From Macrostomum lignano (lineage: Eukaryota): a DNA stretch of 64,000 nt. The position numbers were made by a program, and so were the translations under genes. The notes under the pieces were generated by a model. The model did not search any database. It was not told the DNA's origin and saw only the letters and a program-made list of their open reading frames with translations. The stretch covers positions 1 to 64,000 of the forward strand of contig NIVC01001976.1 of assembly GCA_002269645.1 (NCBI GenBank), written 5' to 3'. Below, one piece after another: positions 24,904 through 39,159 of this stretch (position 1 is its first letter; each line of letters begins with the position of its first letter).

Positions 24904-27900
24904 CCTAACTGTTTAATTTTTCCAGTTCTCAACCTTTGATTAAAACGATAATTCAAAATGAAGACATTTAGCGGACATTTCTTGAAAATTGCTCATAAAT
25001 GAAAGAGCATTTGCATGAAAATAAAAAACCCTGATAAAAATCTTTAATAAACTTTTGTGTGCCAGTCCTGGACTTTGACAACTCGCCTGGAGGCCATGCT
25101 CTCCTCTCACCGAATCACCCCACCAAACAGATATTTCTGGCCGTATTGTTTTTGTCATTTTCTTTATCAAAAGAACCGTGGGAAACGGGGCCTCTGAATA
25201 CAGCTTGCCTTAATGTCTCGCCTATTACTAATAAACAATTTTAAAGCTCCTGCTACTGCCTACTACAAATAATTGCCAACTCGTGCTACGGTCGAATAGT
25301 AGGCTAATAATAATAACCCATCCGGCCACCCCCGTGCCAGGCCAGGCGATCAAACGAAAATCAGAGCAGACGAAAATCAAAGACAGACAGCCAAGCAATT
25401 GCGCTTTCTTCCTCCGATAAGTCCCGACCGCCTCAACTCCCATTATGCCATGACAGCCCCCCCCCTCCCTCCCTCTACCCCAGACAGACGCTCGCTTATC
25501 TTGGCGGCCAACACACTCAATTTTTAAAAAATCCTTTTGCCAAAGCTTATAACAGATAGTTTTATACAGAGTGCAGCCGAGCCTTCCCCGGGCTTTAGGG
25601 AAGCGTAAGTTTGGTTTAAGCAAACGGAGAAGGAGAACTGTCACGGGTGGGGTCGGGTCGGGTTTTTGGAGAAGATTGCCAGTTAATAATGAACAGCGGC
25701 CCAGATCTACAGTTAAGGGTGCCTAGCTAGCTAGGACGAAGCATGCTCTAACTTGACTAGTCCGCTAGGGGCTGGAGCATGCTCCTGTGCTCCGTAGCTA
25801 GCTATACCCGAAGCATGCTCCCAGTGTGAACCAATAAGAATTGCGCATATTGGGGTTGCAGCAAATTTATAACAAAAAATATAGCACAAAGCAAAACTTG
25901 TGTTATGTTGTAATGAGTACTGATGTGTTGGCACTACTGTTGTATTTTATTGACAACATCTTAATCTTCAGTTGTACTTTGAATTTCAAGAAAAACCGAA
26001 CGCGTGCATAATTAACTTTTTACTTCTTTTCAAACTTTACGTTGACTAACGCGTCAGCCCGACAACTCCCATCAAATGGGAGTGTATCAATTAATTGAAA
26101 GCTTTCACAGGTGTTATTTTTTTATTAACGATTTGCAGTAGAAAAATTGATGTTGTTAATGCTAATTCGCTTGCATGTAATTTGAAAACAAAATTTACAG
26201 GAAGAAGGGTTCCTGTGTTCAACGTTCAACAAAAGCTTCCAAGGCATAGGCCTATAATTTGTTGTGCTGGGCCTACTGTGCATTGCTGTGCTGGCCAATG
26301 CACTAGACTGAACAAGTGAAGGCTCCGTGTACATGATAAATGAAAGGAGCTTTTATTAAACTTCTTGTGTATTATTTTGTGCTTGCTTTAGTATTTTGTT
26401 CTATAGTTTAAAGCCTGTCAGTTAATTATTAATACAGTTAATATAAGCCTGACCCTGGGCCTGGTATTATTGCATGATTTGAGACCTACTATATAGAACT
26501 TAGACAAGCTCTTTGTCTCTTAAATTTGATTTTTAGCCATGTTAATATTTATATAAATGCCTTTTGAAACATAAATGTGGGTCTAATATTATAAGAGGCA
26601 ACTTATAAGCTGCTTTTATTCAGTTATTGAAAAGGCTTCAATTCAATTCAATTCTATTATTTAGCTACAGCCATATGTATGTAAAAGCCTATTAAACATA
26701 AGCACTAGGCCTAGCTTATTGACTTAATAGATTTAGCTAACTAGATCAGAGGCTTAAATTTTTTGTTTTTCTATCTATCTACTACATGTATCTAGGCCTA
26801 CCATTAGACCTAGACTAATAAAAAATTAGTCTAGTCTAATAAAAAATTAAGCCTACAATATTTTTATTAAAAATATCTGATCCTTGACTTATTGTACCTC
26901 CTTAGTTCTCCTTTCCCCTAGCACTAGCTTTCGTCCCTTGACCCTGGCTTCTTCCTTGACCCTTGAATTCCTTCCCTTTGACCCTGGTTTCTCTCACTCC
27001 TGATCCCCAGTTTCCCTCCCCTGACCCTTGGCTTAACTCCTAATCCCTGGCTTCTCTCCCCCTGATCTCTGGCTTCTCTCCTCCCTGATCCCTGGCTTTA
27101 CTCCCCCTGGTCTCTGGCTTCTCTCCCCCCTGATCTCTGGCTTCTCTCCCCTGATCTCTGGCTTCTCTCCCCTGATCCCTGGCTTCTCCCTCCCTGATCT
27201 CTGGCTTCTCTCCCCCCTGATCTCTGGCTTCTCTCCACTTGATCTCTGGTTTCTCTCCCCCTGATTCCTGGCTTCTCTCCCGACCCCTGGCTTCCCTCCC
27301 CTGACCCTGGCTTCTCCCTCCTGACCCCTGGCTTCCCTCCCCTAACCCTGGCTTCTCCCTCCTGACCCCTGGCTTCTCCCTCCTGACCCCTGGCGTCCCT
27401 CCTTCCTAACCCCTGGCTTTACTCCTAACCGCTGGCTTACCTCCCCTGACCCTGGCTTCCCTCCCCTGACCCTGGCTTCCCTCCCCTGACCCCTGGCTTC
27501 CCTCCCCCGACCCCTGGCTTCCCTCCCCTGACCCCTGGCTTCTCTCTCCTGACCCCTGGCTTCTCCCTCTTGACCCCTGGCTTCCCTCCCCTGACCCTGG
27601 CTTCCCTCCCCTGACCCTGGCTTCCCTCCCCTGACCCTGGCTTCTCTCCCGACCCCTGGCTTCCCTCCCCCTTGACACCTGGCTTCCCTCCCCTAACCCT
27701 GGCTTCTCCCTCCTGACCCCTGGCTACTCCCTCCTGACCCCTGGCTTCCCTCTCCCTTGACCCCTGGCGTCCCTCCTTCCTAACCCCTGGCTTTACTCCT
27801 AACCGCTGGCTTACCTCCCCTGACCCTGGCTTACCTCCCCTGACCCTGGCTTCCCTCCCCTGACCCTGGCTTCCCTCCCCCGACCCCTGGCTTCCCTCCC

Positions 27901-28241
27901 CCGACCCCTGGCTTCCCTCCCCTGACCCTGGCTTCTCTCCCCCTGGCCCTGGCCTTTCTCCTTACTAACCACTGGCTTCCCTCCTTCCTAACCCCTCCCA
28001 GGCTAACCCTCCTACTCTACCCCTCCCAGCTACGCTCTCTAGGCTACCCCTCCCAGGCTACCCCTGCCATTGTACCCCTCCTAGGCATCCCTCCCAGACA
28101 GCCCCTCAGGCTCCCCTCCTACTTTACCCCTCAGGCTCCCCTCTTACTTTACCCCTCCCAGGCAGCCCTTCCAGGCTACTCCCTTCCAGGCTAAATTTTG
28201 GCGTAACTCCAGTAGTGGAAACTCCAATCGAAACTCCAACT

Positions 28242-28522
28242 CCAAAATCGAAACTCCAATACTGGCTGATATAAATCCAGCATTGGAGCATAAGATTGTC
28301 GCATTGTCGCACTAAACTGCACGCTAAAATCGACCATCAATCTAGATCTAAGTATTGGAGTCTGCAAGGCTCCAATGCTGAAGTTATATCAGCTCCAGTA
28401 CTCGTTTCAATGCTAGAGTTTTCTTATGTTCCAATGCTGGAGTTTTCTTATGCTCCAATGCTGGATTTTTATCAGCTCCAATGCTGGAGTTATATCAGCC
28501 AGTACTGGAGTTTCGATTTTGG
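28242..28522. mobile_element. MITE-like hairpin with ~48-bp terminal inverted repeats
   Basis: ccaaaatcgaaactccaatactggctgatataaatccagcattggagc (from 28242) vs the reverse complement of the ~48 bp ending at 28522: two mismatches. Confidence 0.65.
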
Positions 28523-29550
28523 CACCGGAAAAGTGCAAATAACTCTATTGGATGACCTTCTGGCGCTCTGGGACCGGCGCCAATCGACTAAAAATCGACT
28601 AAATCGACTAAATCGACTAAACCGGCGTAAAAAGCATAGGTAAAAGCAATTAAGTCTGTTTTATTTTAGAGGCACATCTTCATAATATACAGTCAAGTAT
28701 ACACTCGTAAAACTGTACATTGACAAAAGACAATGAAAAAATATAAACAGCCAACGCTTGTCGAAAAACGCGCTGCTTAGTTCTCTCAAAGTTTGGTTAG
28801 CAAAACTCGACAGGGAGGACAAAACTGATCACAGCATTACAGAGTGGGAGAGAGAGCGTCAGCATTTGATGGTAGTGCAATATTGCAGAGGTCATGGATT
28901 AAATGTTGTATACGCCACGGGCACAGAGAAGTGTGACTAAACATATTTATACGGCTAACAGCTAATTTCTGTGCAATGTGGCTGAATAGTCATACATGTC
29001 GAAGTCGTCACTGTCGTCTTCTTTCACCTCACGAGGATCCTGATTGCACTCTGCGTCCAGTGCATCGGCAGCAGCATAATGCACATTGCTTAGTCTCATC
29101 TCGACACCTGCCAATGAACGAGAGAAAAAGTCCTTTTATTTAAAATGCAAATGCATGATGCAAAGTATTCCAATACAGTTCATAGCTAATTTGCATTGTT
29201 AGCACTTGATGCTGGAGTGACTATGAGCGGAGAAGCTGAATAGGTTATGTACGCGACCAAAACAATTCACTGATTTCACTAGGAAGAAGCTAAATACGCG
29301 TAACGTGCAGAAAATCTACGTACTATTTTGTTTTAAACGACCTCATTTTTCGTATTCTGCTGATGATATTGTAGAGTGTATAAGCGGCAGCATAAAATAC
29401 ACATATTTTTTTACTCACTGCTAATTCCACGCGAAGATAAATAAATGCCAAAGATCTCCTCTGAAGGAAATCGGATAATATGCTCCTTAATTAGTCCTTC
29501 GTTCGCCCTTAGCACTCGCAACACTCGTAGATGACAGCACGCGAAGCAGC

Positions 29551-29689
29551 GAGCCGGCGGTCACTGCAGCAAGCGGCAGGCAGCAAACAGTCCTGCGATC
29601 GTCTCCGCTTGAGCCGGCGGTCACTGCAGCAAGCGGCAGGCAGCAAACAGTCCTGCGATCGTCTCCGCTTGAGCCGGCGGTCACTGCAG
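29551..29689. repeat. 60-bp tandem repeat, ~2.3 copies
   Basis: gagccggcggtcactgcag... starts at 29551, 29611 and 29671. Confidence 0.95.
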
Positions 29690-32600
29690 TGCAGCCGAAG
29701 CGGCAGCTTTTATCGGATCCTTGCAAAATAGAATATCTTTTCTGGCATCCCAAATCCCAAATGGCTTTCATAAACGCACAGTTCCCCGTTGGAAAGCCGA
29801 ATACAAAGTGCGGCGTCAGCGTTAGCTGACTCGCATGTACGCACCTGAAATGATGAGAGTGAAGCGTCTGAAGTAAAAAATGATGCATTATCTTTTTAAA
29901 TAATACCGAAACGAAACAATCTTCTCAGTTTCGAACATAAATAGAGACAGTACACAGGGGTACAGTGGGAGATAGCCTGGAAGTGGTTGCCATGGAAGGG
30001 GTAGCCTGGAGGAGTAGCCTGGAAGGGCTGCCTGGGAGGGGTAAAGTAAGAGGGGAGCCTGAGGGGTAAAGTAGGAGGGGAGCCTGAGGGGCTGTCTGGG
30101 AGGGATGCCTAGGAGGGGTACAATGGCAGGGGTAGCCTGGGAGGGGTAGCCTAGAGAGCGTAGCTGGGAGGGGTAGAGTAGGAGGGTTAGCCTGGGAGGG
30201 GTTAGGAAGGAGGGAAGCCAGGGGTTAGTAAGGAGAAAGGCCAGGGCCAGGGGGAGAGAAGCCAGGGTCAGGGGAGGGAAGCCAGGGGTCGGGGGAGGGA
30301 AGCCAGGGGTCGGGGGAGGGAAGCCAGGGTCAGGGGAGGGAAGCCAGGGTCAGGGGAGGGAAGCCAGTGGTCAAGAGGGAGAAGCCACGCCAGGGTCAGG
30401 GGAGGGAAGCCAGAAGTCGGGGGAGAAGCCAGCGGTTAGGAGTAAAGCCAGGGGTTAGGAAGGAGGGAAGCCAGGGGTCGGGGGAGGGAAGCCAGGGTCA
30501 GGGGAGGGAAGCCAGGGTCAGGGGAGGGAAGCCAGGGTCAGGGGAGGGAAGCCAGGGTCAGGGGAGGGAAGCCAGGGTCAGGGGAGGGAAGCCAGGGGTC
30601 AGGAGGGAAAAGCCAGGGTCAGGGGAGGGAAGCCAGGGTCAGGGGAGGGAAGCCAGGGGTCGGGAGGGAAGCCAGGGTCAGGGGAGGGAAGCCAGGGTCA
30701 GGGGAGGGAAGCCAGGGTCAGGGGAGGGAAGCCAGGGGTCGGGAGAGAAGCCAGGGTCAGGGGAGGGAAGCCAGGGGTTAGGAGTAAAGCCAGGGGTTAG
30801 GAAGGAGGGAAGCCAGGGGTCACGGGAGAGGGAAGCCAGGGGCCAGGAAGGAGAAGCCAAGGTCAGGGGAGGGAAGCCAGAGTCAGGGGAGGGAAGCCAG
30901 AGTCAAGGAGGAAGCCAGGGGTCAAGGGGGAGAGAAGCCAGGGTCAGAGGAGGGAAGCCAGGGGTTAAGCGTGCAGCCAGGGGTTAGAAAGAAGGGAAGC
31001 CAGGGGTCAGGGGGAGAAGCCAAGATTAGGGGAAGGAAGTCAGGGGTCAAAGAAGGGAAGCTAGGGGTTAGGATTGAAGCCAGGGGTTAGGAGGGAGGGA
31101 AGCCAGGGTCAGGGGGGAGAGAAGCTAGGGTAGAGGGAGGAAATCCAAGGTTAGGGGAGAGAGGAACTAAAGAAAGGAAAATAAGTCAAGGATCAGGTAT
31201 TTTATATAAAATATATTGTAGGCTTAGTTTTATAGTTTGTTATTTACTCTAGGCCTAATGCCCATGGTATACATAAAGTAGATACATAGATAAAACTAAA
31301 ATTTTAAGGCTCGTATCTAGTAAGTTAGCTAAATCTATTCATTAAGTCAATAAGCTAGGCTTAGTGCTCAATAAGGCTTTCCTACATACATATGGCTGTA
31401 GCTAAATAATAGAATTTCATTGAATTGAAGCATTTTTATAATTGAATAAAAGCAGCTTATAAGTTACTTCTCATAATATTAGACCTACATTTACATTTCA
31501 AATGCCTGTATTATTAATTAACTGATAACGACAAGTCAAGTGACAGGCTTTAAACTATAGAACAAAATTACTTAAGCAATCACATAATAATGCACAAGGA
31601 ATTTAAGAAAAGCTCCTTTCATTTATCTTGTACACGGAGCCTTCACTTATTTAGTCTAGGCCTAGTGCATAGGCCAGCACAGCAATGCACAGTAGCCTAG
31701 CACAACAAATATGCCTTAGAAGCTTTTGTTGAACGTTGAACACAGGAACCCTCATTCCTGTAAATTTAGTTTTTAAATTACACATGCAAGCGAATTAATA
31801 TTAACAAACGTCGATTTTTCTAATGCAAATTGTTATTAATAACACCCGTGAAAGCTTTCAATTAATAGTTGATACACTCCCATTTGATTGTATGGAGCGC
31901 GCTTTGGGCCCGTCTAGCCGGGAGAAGCGAGAGCTCGAGAGCGCGCTTTCCTGCCGGTTAGCCCGATGATTTTGTAAGCTTTTGGCCCGGCTAGCCGGTT
32001 GTCGTCGGGTGCTATTTGTCGAATGCTGCTTACTGCATGCAACGAGCGTTAAATAGCTGAAAAACGCAGTTACTCCATTGGCTGTCAGCAGGGAGCATGC
32101 TCCACGATTAACTAGCTACACTTTGCTGGGAGCACGGGAGCATGCTCCAACCCCTAGCGGACTACCCAAGTTAGAGCGTGCTCCAAGCTAGCTAGCTATC
32201 TGAGCCTAGGTGCAGATCTAACCCCCCTACGGAAAACTAACGTGCGGTCCCGAAATCAACCTCTACGCCTGACCCGCCCACAACCCCCGCCAAAAAGGGT
32301 GAGCGGGCGGCTATTTTTAGTTCATCCAGCCAGTTGCGTACATTGGCAACGACCTACTCCTCCCGCTTTGCCCTCTCACCCCACCACCCCTCTGGGGGCC
32401 AACACGTCGCCGCCGAGTTCACTCCTTCGCGTCCAAACCCCCGACACTCTCCCCACCCCAATATCTCTCTCTCGCGTGCCAAAAAGCCCGTTTGGAAGTC
32501 AGCGGGGGGCCACCACCCCATTTAGTTTAATGCACGCTACATTGCTGTTGGCCCTGTGGTGAACGGTGTGTGGGCTGGGCGCTGTTCATCTGTTCCCATA

Positions 32601-33146
32601 CCGTTCCTACCAGCTTATTGCTGCTAGCACGCACGTTGAACTAAATTGTACTACCTTCAACAACAAAGTAAGTTAGTCTAGGAGTTATTAGGCGAGAAGA
32701 GAAAAAAATCAAGTACGTTTTCGGACCAGATACTAAACGAGTATAACACAACTAACTTGACAACTTGAGCCTTAGGCTAGTTTGCAAAATAGCTAGTTTT
32801 TTAAACTGTCCGTATTGTCTTATTTTCGCTTATGACAATATACTAAATTATTTACTTGTTGTCGAGTCCCGCCCCGTAGTAAGGGCAAGGCCCAGCAACT
32901 GGTTTTGATCGAGAACGAGCACCCGAGCACACGCAATGGCCTTGGAATCTGATTAAATAATTTTAAATTAGGGAAGCCGCTATTAGGAAGGCTTTTTATA
33001 GCTTGCTATTTTATTGCTTACCTTGATCAAGTCCTCCCAACTCCCTCGATTTTATTGCCCCCCCCACACCCCTTTAACCCCAGTCATTCAATATTTACCG
33101 GATTAGTGCTGCCATTGTGTGCAATCTAATCTAATCTAAAAGCCAC

Positions 33147-33269
33147 ATGGGCTGCACATCCAGCACCGAGAGGCGCGGTTCTACTGCACTTGGCGGTGCC
33201 GATTTCACTGGCATTGATCGACTTCAGCAGCAGCAGCATAACTTCACCGACCTTGCTGCCGACGCACAG
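33147..33269 (+). CDS. PDE8: PDE8-like phosphodiesterase, candidate first coding exon 1a (lipidation-type N-terminus)
   Basis: MGCTSSTERRGSTALGGADFTGIDRLQQQQHNFTDLAADAQ followed by a phase-0 donor GTGAGC. MGCxxS parallels the MGCAPS start of vertebrate PDE8A/B. Linkage to the downstream exons is inferred. Confidence 0.65.
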
Positions 33270-33332
33270 GTGAGCTGCATGAGCCAGTATCCTTGAAGAT
33301 TTACGTGTGTGGCTACCTACATGTAGGTAGAT

Positions 33333-36216
33333 CACTCTGACACTGGCCTGACTGATCTAGTCACCCTGACACTGGCCTGACTGATCTAGTCACCCTGACA
33401 CTGGCCTGACTGATCTAGTCACCCTGACACTGGCCTGACTGATCTAGTCACCCTGACACTGGCCTGACTGATCTAGTCACCCTGACACTGGCCTGACTGA
33501 TCTAGTCACCCTGACACTGGCCTGACTGATCTAGTCACCCTGACACTGGCCTGACTGATCTAGTCACCCTGACACTGGCCTGACTGATCTAGTCACCCTG
33601 ACACTGGCCTGACTGATCTAGTCACCCTGACACTGGCCTGACTGATCTAGTCACCCTGACACTGGCCTGACTGATCTAGTCACCCTGACACTGGCCTGAC
33701 TGATCTAGTCACCCTGACACTGGCCTGACTGATCTAGTCACCCTGACACTGGCCTGACTGATCTAGTCACCCTGACACTGGCCTGACTGATCTAGTCACC
33801 CTGACACTGGCCTGACTGATCTAGTCACCCTGACACTGGCCTGACTGATCTTCTAGTCACTCCGACACTGGCCTGGCCCCCATCTAGTCACTCTGACACT
33901 AACCCGGCCTCCATCTAGTCACTCTGACACTTACCCGGCCTCCATCTAGTCACTCTGACACTTACCCGGCCTCCATCTAGTCACTCTGACACTTACCCGG
34001 CCTCCATCTAGTCACTCTGACACTGGCCTGACTGATCTAGTCACTCTGACATTGACCTGACTGATCTAGTCACTCTGAAACTGGCCTGGCCTCCATCTAG
34101 TCACCCTGACACTGGCTTGACTGATCTAGTCACTCTGACACTGTCCTGACTGATCTAGTCACTCTGAAACTGGCCTGGCCTCCATCTAGTCACTCTGACA
34201 CTGGCCTGACTGATCTAGTCACTCTGAAACTGGCCTGGCCTCTATCTAGTCACCCTGACACTGGCCTGACTGATCTAGTCACCCTGACACTGGCCTGACT
34301 GATCTAGTCACCCTGACACTGGCCTGACTGATCTAGTCACCCTGACACTGGCCTGACTGATCTAGTCACCCTGACACTGGCCTGACTGAGTGACTGATCT
34401 AGTCACTCTGACACTGGCCTGACTGAGTGACTGATCTAGTCACTCTGACACTGGCCTGACTGATCTAGTCACTCTGACACTGGCCTGACTGAGTGATCTA
34501 GTCACTCTGACACTGGCCTGACTGATCTAGTCACTCTGAGTTGGCCTGGCCCCCATCTAGTCACTCCGACACTGGCTTGGCCCCCATCTAGTCACTCCGA
34601 CACTGGCTTGGCCCCCATCTAGTCACTCTGACACTGGCCTGGCCCCCATCTAGTCACTCTGACACTAACCCGGCCTCCATCTAGTCACTCTGACACTAAC
34701 CCGGCCTCCATCTAGTCACTCTGACACTGGCCTGACTGATCTAGTCACTCTGACATTGGCTTGACTGATCTAGTCACTCTGACTCTGGCCTGACTGATCT
34801 AGTCACTCTGACACTGGCCTGACTGATCTAGTCACTCTGACACTGGCCTGACTGATCTAGTCACTCTGACACTGGCCTGACTGATCTAGTCACTCTGACA
34901 CTGGCCTGACTGATCTAGTCACTCTGACACTGGCCTGACTGATCTAGTCACCCTGACACTGGCCTGACTGATCTAGTCACTCTGACACTGGCCTGACTGA
35001 TCTAGTCACTCTGACACTGGCCTGACTGATCTAGTCACTCTGACACTGGCCTGACTGATCTAGTCACTCTGACACTGGCCTGACTGATCTAGTCACTCTG
35101 ATACTGGCCTGACTGATCTAGTCACTCTGACACTGGCTTGACTGATCTAGTCACTCTGACACTGGCCTGACTGATCTAGTCACTCTGACACTGGCCTGAC
35201 TGATCTAGTCACTCTGACACTGGCCTGACTGATCTAGTCATATGAAACTGGCCTGACTGATCTAGTCACTCTGACACTGGCCTGACTGATCTAGTCACTC
35301 TGACACTGGCCTGACTGATCTAGTCACTCTGACACTGGCCTGACTGATCTAGTCACTCTGACTCTGGCCTGACTGATCTAGTCACTCTGACACTGGCCTG
35401 ACTGATCTAGTCACTCTGACACTGGCCTGACTGATCTAGTCACTCTGACACTGGCCTGACTGATCTAGTCACTCTGACACTGGCCTGACTGATCTAGTCA
35501 CTCTGACACTGGCCTGACTGATCTAGTCACTCTGATACTGGCCTGACTGATCTAGTCACTCTGACACTGGCTTGACTGATCTAGTCACTCTGACACTGGC
35601 CTGACTGATCTAGTCACTCTGACACTGGCCTGACTGATCTAGTCACTCTGACACTGGCCTGACTGATCTAGTCACTCTGACACTGGCCTGACTGATCTAG
35701 TCACTCTGACACTGGCCTGACTGATCTAGTCATATGAAACTGGCCTTACTGATCTAGTCACTCTGACACTGGCCTGACTGATCTAGTCACTCTGACACTG
35801 GCCTGACTGATCTAGTCACTCTGACACTGGCCTGACTGATCTAGTCACTCTGACACTGGCCTGACTGATCTAGTCACTCTGACACTGGCCTGACTGATCT
35901 AGTCACTCTGATACTGGCCTGACTGATCTAGTCACTCTGACACTGGCTTGACTGATCTAGTCACTCTGACACTGGCTTGGCCTTGGCCCCATCTAGTCAC
36001 TCTGACACTGGCTTGACCGGTTGGCCCCCATCTAGTCACTCTGACACTGGCCTGACTGATCTAGTCACTCTGACACTGGCCTGACTGATCTAGTCACTCT
36101 GACACTGGCCTGACTGATCTAGTCACTCTGACACTGGCCTGACTGATCTAGTCACTCTGACACTGGCCTGGCCCCCATCTAGTCACTCTGAGTCTGACAC
36201 TGGCCTGACTGATCTA
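33333..36216. repeat. 29-bp minisatellite (TCTGACACTGGCCTGACTGATCTAGTCAC), copy 1
   Basis: Period 29 read directly (33361, 33390...). Confidence 0.97.
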
Positions 36217-36830
36217 TCATAAGTCAGGCCTATGCATGGTATGCTCTTTCATGGTTTAATGACTTAGACTAGTCTTTCTTACATTAAAACCATGAACGTG
36301 CAAAGCAACTAGAGTTCGCAATTCCACAATTTCTACTCCCTTATCCTGGGTGTTAAGGGCTATGATAGAAATAAGGAACTGATCTGGGAACATATAAAAA
36401 ATTCTCATTAACATCTAGCCCTGAACCCTTCCTTCCCAACTGGCCAAATTCTCCCAGCTATGATATTATTGCCCAAGGGTGTGCCTGTGCATGGTATTTA
36501 TTAACAGCCTAGTTGCACTCAGTGCTCTGTCTCTACTCACACGTGGCTTTTCTCAGCAGCTCACTTGCCTCAGCACTCTGCAGCAATCACCAGTCCTCAT
36601 CACTCGTGAAGGAGGCTGGTTGAGATGAGGAGTAACTTGAAATTCTTGTAGATGATGTTGGCAGTGTTGGCCCCACTGGAAAGTGGCAAGTAAGTAGGAT
36701 TTGCTTCAACCTTGTGCTCGGCTTGCTGCACTGCATTCGGTGCAGTGCGGGGATGCAGATTAGAGATGCTGGAGTTTCCAGCTGCCAGCTGAACTAAAGT
36801 ACATATACATATTTGCACCGCCGAGATCAA

Positions 36831-37826
<996 letters not shown>

Positions 37827-39159
37827 ATTAATCCTATTAGAGTTAAAAACTCAAGAGTTTAGTAAACAAAATAAAAATGAGTATACGAGCTATATCTATA
37901 GAAGAAATATTAGTAAAATAATGGCGCAAGCTATGCTCATAATATTTCCAATACATATATAATCATATGCTTTTTAGCTTTATATTATGTATAAATAAAT
38001 ATAGAATTTTGCGAGTCCAACTAGATTGGCTGACTGAGTAAAACTGCATTTCGCTTCTCTCTCTCTCTCTCCCTTCCCTTAGCAACGCATCTCGAATCCT
38101 CCCAAACCCTTCAATTAATGTTTCTCTCGTGCATCTTAATTTATACGCGAATATGCATGACGCTTACGTAGCTGCGGGTCGGTCGGCGCATAGCACTTGG
38201 GTGGCCTTGTCTGCTGTTTCACTCACGATATGCCGCGCTGCTGCGCCTTCTCTCTCCCCTCATCCATTTCCTCTTCTCCGATTAATCCTCCCATATCCTA
38301 TAGCTTTCTGTCTCCCATCTCCTATATCTTATTTCTCATCTCTAATCTCTTTTCTCGTATCTCTTATCTCTTAGCTCTCATCTCTTATCTCCTAACTTTC
38401 ATCTCTCGCACCCCCGTCTCTCGTCTCTAATCTCATTTTCTCTCTCATCTCTTATCTCTCAACTCTCATCTCCCATCTGTCATCTGTCATCTTTTTTCTC
38501 TTTATCTTCATCTCTCATCTCTCACATATCCCCCACATCCCATCTCTCATTTTCTATCTCCAGTCTCTCGAACTAGGAAGGATAAATAAAATTACGAGTC
38601 TGCAGCATAAAATAATTGGAATTTAGCTTTCGTATATCCCTGCTTCTGATTAAGAATCTGATCAGGAGTCCCAGCATCAGCAGCGAATCAATAGGAGGGA
38701 GGGGGATTGCTCTCAGACCCGGCTCTGAGATCTATAGATAAGTTCGAGTCGAAAATGAAAATTTTATATGCAGTATTTTCAGCTCGATAATACGAAATGC
38801 TATTTTCTCAAATATAATACAGCATCAGATTGGAATGTTATATTGATGAAGCCAGTGGCTTGAGTAGCGCTTGCCTGTCTGCCTGCCCGTATTGTTCTGA
38901 GTTGTGTTATCTCATGCATCTGTGTGTGTCTCCCGCCGTTTTTCATTCCTCTTAAACTGCATTCATTTGCTGCAGGTCTGTAACACACACTGTTTAGTTT
39001 CATGCAATAGGTCCATGTTTCATCTGGCTCTGGGGGGTTTGTGTTATCACCGTTGTGCATGGCTGTTAGTAATTCTCACCTCACCTTATCTACTTGTCTC
39101 ATTAGGAACTGCTCTAACTTTAGGTTTTAAGTGGCTTTAGTGTAGCGTACACTTAAACC

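Larger units (their letters stand above)
25700..32220. mobile_element. Foldback-like element: long inverted arms (~25700-28193 and ~30002-32220) with internal tandem subrepeats around a ~1.8 kb spacer
   Basis: Reverse-complement matches along both arms, e.g. gggagtgtatcaattaattgaaagctttcac (~26078) vs gtgaaagctttcaattaatagttgatacactccc (~31848), and tccttgacttat (~26881) vs ataagtcaagga (~31181). CCCTGGCTTCCCTCCC repeats on the left mirror GGGAGGGAAGCCAGGG on the right. No TSD or transposase recognised. Confidence 0.75.

Noticed and set aside
36360-36830. Possible Penelope/LINE reverse-transcriptase remnant on the minus strand (NPTYLPLS, GTPLG)
   Set aside because: Only vague motif resemblance with multiple stops; needs an HMM search.
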